Shown here: positions 61,506 through 64,000 of the stretch, piece after piece
Layout of the letters: each line of letters begins with the position of its first letter
Position numbering within the stretch: the first letter of the stretch is position 1
Assembly (NCBI RefSeq): GCF_006345805.1
Contig: NC_043024.1
Location: forward strand, 3,968,001 to 4,032,000
DNA: 64,000 bases
Origin: Octopus sinensis
Lineage: Eukaryota
Direction: 5' to 3'
Notes under the pieces: generated by a model
The model's database searches: none
The model's input: the letters and a program-made list of their open reading frames with translations, nothing else
What the model was told of the DNA's origin: nothing
Program-made: the position numbers and the translations under genes

Positions 61506-62481
61506 TAGATTCTTTCAGTTTCCGTCTACCAAATCCACTCACAAGGCTTTGGTTGGCCCGAGGCTGTAGTTGGAGACACTTGCCCAAGGTTTCATGCAGT
61601 GGGACTGAACCCAGAACCATGTGGTTAGTAAGCAAGCTACTTACCACACAGCTGCTCCTGATATCTTTTATTTGTTCCAGTCATTTGACTGTGACCATAC
61701 TGGAGCACTGCCTTCAAGAATTTTAGTCAAACAAGTCAACCCCAGTATTCTTTCTTTTACTTGTTTCAGTCATTTGACTGTGGCCATGATGGAGCATCGC
61801 CTTTAGTCAAGCAAATCGACCCCAAGACTTATTCTTTGTAAGCCCAGTACTTATTCTATCGGTCTCTTTTTACCGAACCGCTAAGTATGCATACTTTTTT
61901 TTTAAAGCCTGGTATTTATTCCATCAGTCTCTTTTGCCGAACCACTAGGTTATGGGAATGTAAACACACCAACACTGGCTGTCAAGCGATGGAGGACAAA
62001 CACACACACAGACACACACACACATGATGGATTTCTTTTAGTTTGTGTTTAACAACCCATTCGGAAGGCTTTGGTCAGCCTGGGGTTAGAATAGAAGACA
62101 CTTGCCCAAGGTTCCACACAGTGGGACTAAACCCGGAACCATGTGGTTGGTAAGCAAGCTTCTTGCCACCAAAACACACCTGCGCTTTACTAGAAAAACA
62201 GGTAAGAGTCGGTAATAGGAACAAAAAACTGCAAAATCCTGTCCCAAACAATACCTATTAACTGAAGGTTGCATGAAAAGAAAAATTTGTTTAAATGACA
62301 AAAGAGAATGTTAAAAATGTTGAGTGAAAAATAATTAGGTACTAAAATAAAAAAATAAAAAAATAAATTGATAGACAACCAACCAACCAACCTGAGACCA
62401 CCTGTGGCTGAATGATAAAAAAACTTCCTGTTTTAACCTTTTCATTATTGTATTTCTTATTTCTTTATTGCCCACAAGGGG

Positions 62482-62709
62482 TTAACCCTTTAGTGCTTAA
62501 ACCGGCCATATCTGGCCCAGATATTCTATATGTTTTATATTCAAACTGGCCATATCCAGCCTCTTACACCTAACCTACATTGACATTCTAAAAATAGACA
62601 ATCACATCATTGAAACCTCAAAGATGTAAGATAATGCTTGATTAATTCAAAACAATTTGAGTGAAAAAGTATTATATTTAACAGAGTAATCTGAACACTA
62701 AAGGGTTAA
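62482..62709. mobile_element. piggyBac-like MITE (second family) inserted into a SINE, with TTAA duplication
   Basis: TTAA-CCCTTTAGTG...CACTAAAGGG-TTAA splits the SINE sequence cccacaagggg|acatagagggg; relatives at 53562-53789 and about 57169-57396. Confidence 0.8.
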
Positions 62710-62887
62710 ACATAGAGGGGACAGACAAAGGGATTAAGTCGATTAGATCGACCCCAGTGCATAACTGGTACTTAATTTATCGACCCCAAAAGGATGAAAG
62801 GCAAAGTCGACCTCGGCGGAATTTGAACTCACAATGTAGCGGCAAACGAATAACTGCCAAGCATTTCGCCCGGCGTGCTAACGTTTC

Positions 62888-63570
62888 TATTGAGATGTTC
62901 TGTGTTTCATTGAATTGATTTTAAATATAACAAAGAATTCAGTAAAATAACTTAGTTATCATTTAGCTAGTGTTAGGAACATAAATTGTGACTAAGGTTT
63001 GGTGGAAGATTTTAATTCAGAACTTTTGAAAACAAGACATTTGTACTCAGAGCCAGAGGTAGTTTCAGCCGTTTTGGCATCAAAAGGGTTAAATTAATCA
63101 TTTGTTAACCCTTTTGTTACCCTATTTCTGTTGAGATGCTCTGTTTCTTTCAATTAATTTTAAATATAACAAAGAATTTAGTAAAATAACTTAGTTATCA
63201 TTCAGCTAGTGTTAGGAACATAAATTGTGACTAAGGTGGTGGAAGATTTTAATTCAGAACTTTTGAAAACAAGACATTTGTACTCAGAGCCAGAGGTGGT
63301 TTCAGGCAGGTTGGTATCAAAAGGGTTAAATTAATCAATTGTTAACCCTTTTGTTACCCTATTTCTGTTGAGATGCTCTGTTTCTTTCAATTTATTCTAA
63401 ATATAACAAAGAATTTAGTAAAATAACTTAGTCTATCATTAAGCTAGTGTTAGGAACATAAATTGTGACTAAGGTTTGGTGGAAGATTTTAATTCAGAAC
63501 TTTTGAAAACAAGACATTTGTACTACAGAGCCAGGGCTGGTTTCAGCCGGGTTGGTAATGAAGGGGTTAA
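62888..63570. mobile_element. Tandem array of about three copies of the same piggyBac-like MITE
   Basis: Same internal sequence, TIRs and 12-bp spacer (attaatcatttg) as 4840-5770. Confidence 0.8.
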
Positions 63571-64000
63571 AGTGATCTAAATTATGACATTCCATCAAAA
63601 TTTCTTAATTACTTTTTCAGGCTCCAGTTTAATAATGGCAAATTTATTTGAGTGAAATCGTTCCTGTTTTCAGAATTAACTGAAACAAAGACAGTGTATT
63701 TCGACTGAAATATGATAACACAAAAAGGTTAGTGTTAATAATAATTAGGGCATTCACTCAGATTAATAGTTAAGTTATAAGTAGGATATTTAATACATGG
63801 AGTATTAATTAAAGCTGTAGATGTAATTAATCATGTGCTGCAAGATATGTGTGTGTAGATATATATATATATATCTACACACACACACACACACACATAT
63901 ATATATGTATATACACACACTGCAGCCTTCTGGCTTCCCAGATCCCCGGTCGAACCGTCCAACCCATGCTAGCATGGAGAGCGGACGTTAAACGATGATG

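Overview
Eukaryotic, AT-rich, repeat-dense genomic DNA, most likely from an octopus (inferred from the SINE/LINE families and microsatellite load, not checked by search). The window holds the 3' part of one + strand gene, ARFGEF3/BIG3. I assembled 15 coding exons by hand (831-55797, about 1265 codons); all intron phases are compatible, 13 introns are GT-AG and one is GC-AG. The introns and downstream region contain tRNA-headed SINEs, 5'-truncated RTE-type LINE ends, an R4/Dong-like LINE end, mariner, piggyBac and hAT-like MITEs, a non-autonomous Helitron, microsatellites and a 4.9 kb array of a 35-bp satellite. Almost all ORFs in the supplied track are repeat artefacts. Two signals stand out. 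(1) Several minimal type I hammerhead-ribozyme motifs with palindromic stem III lie in or beside microsatellite-flanked fold-back elements, a Penelope-like architecture; the best-preserved copies are on the minus strand. (2) One SINE forms head + (184 bp)n concatemers with the same junction at three independent loci, two of them flanked by a single target-site duplication.
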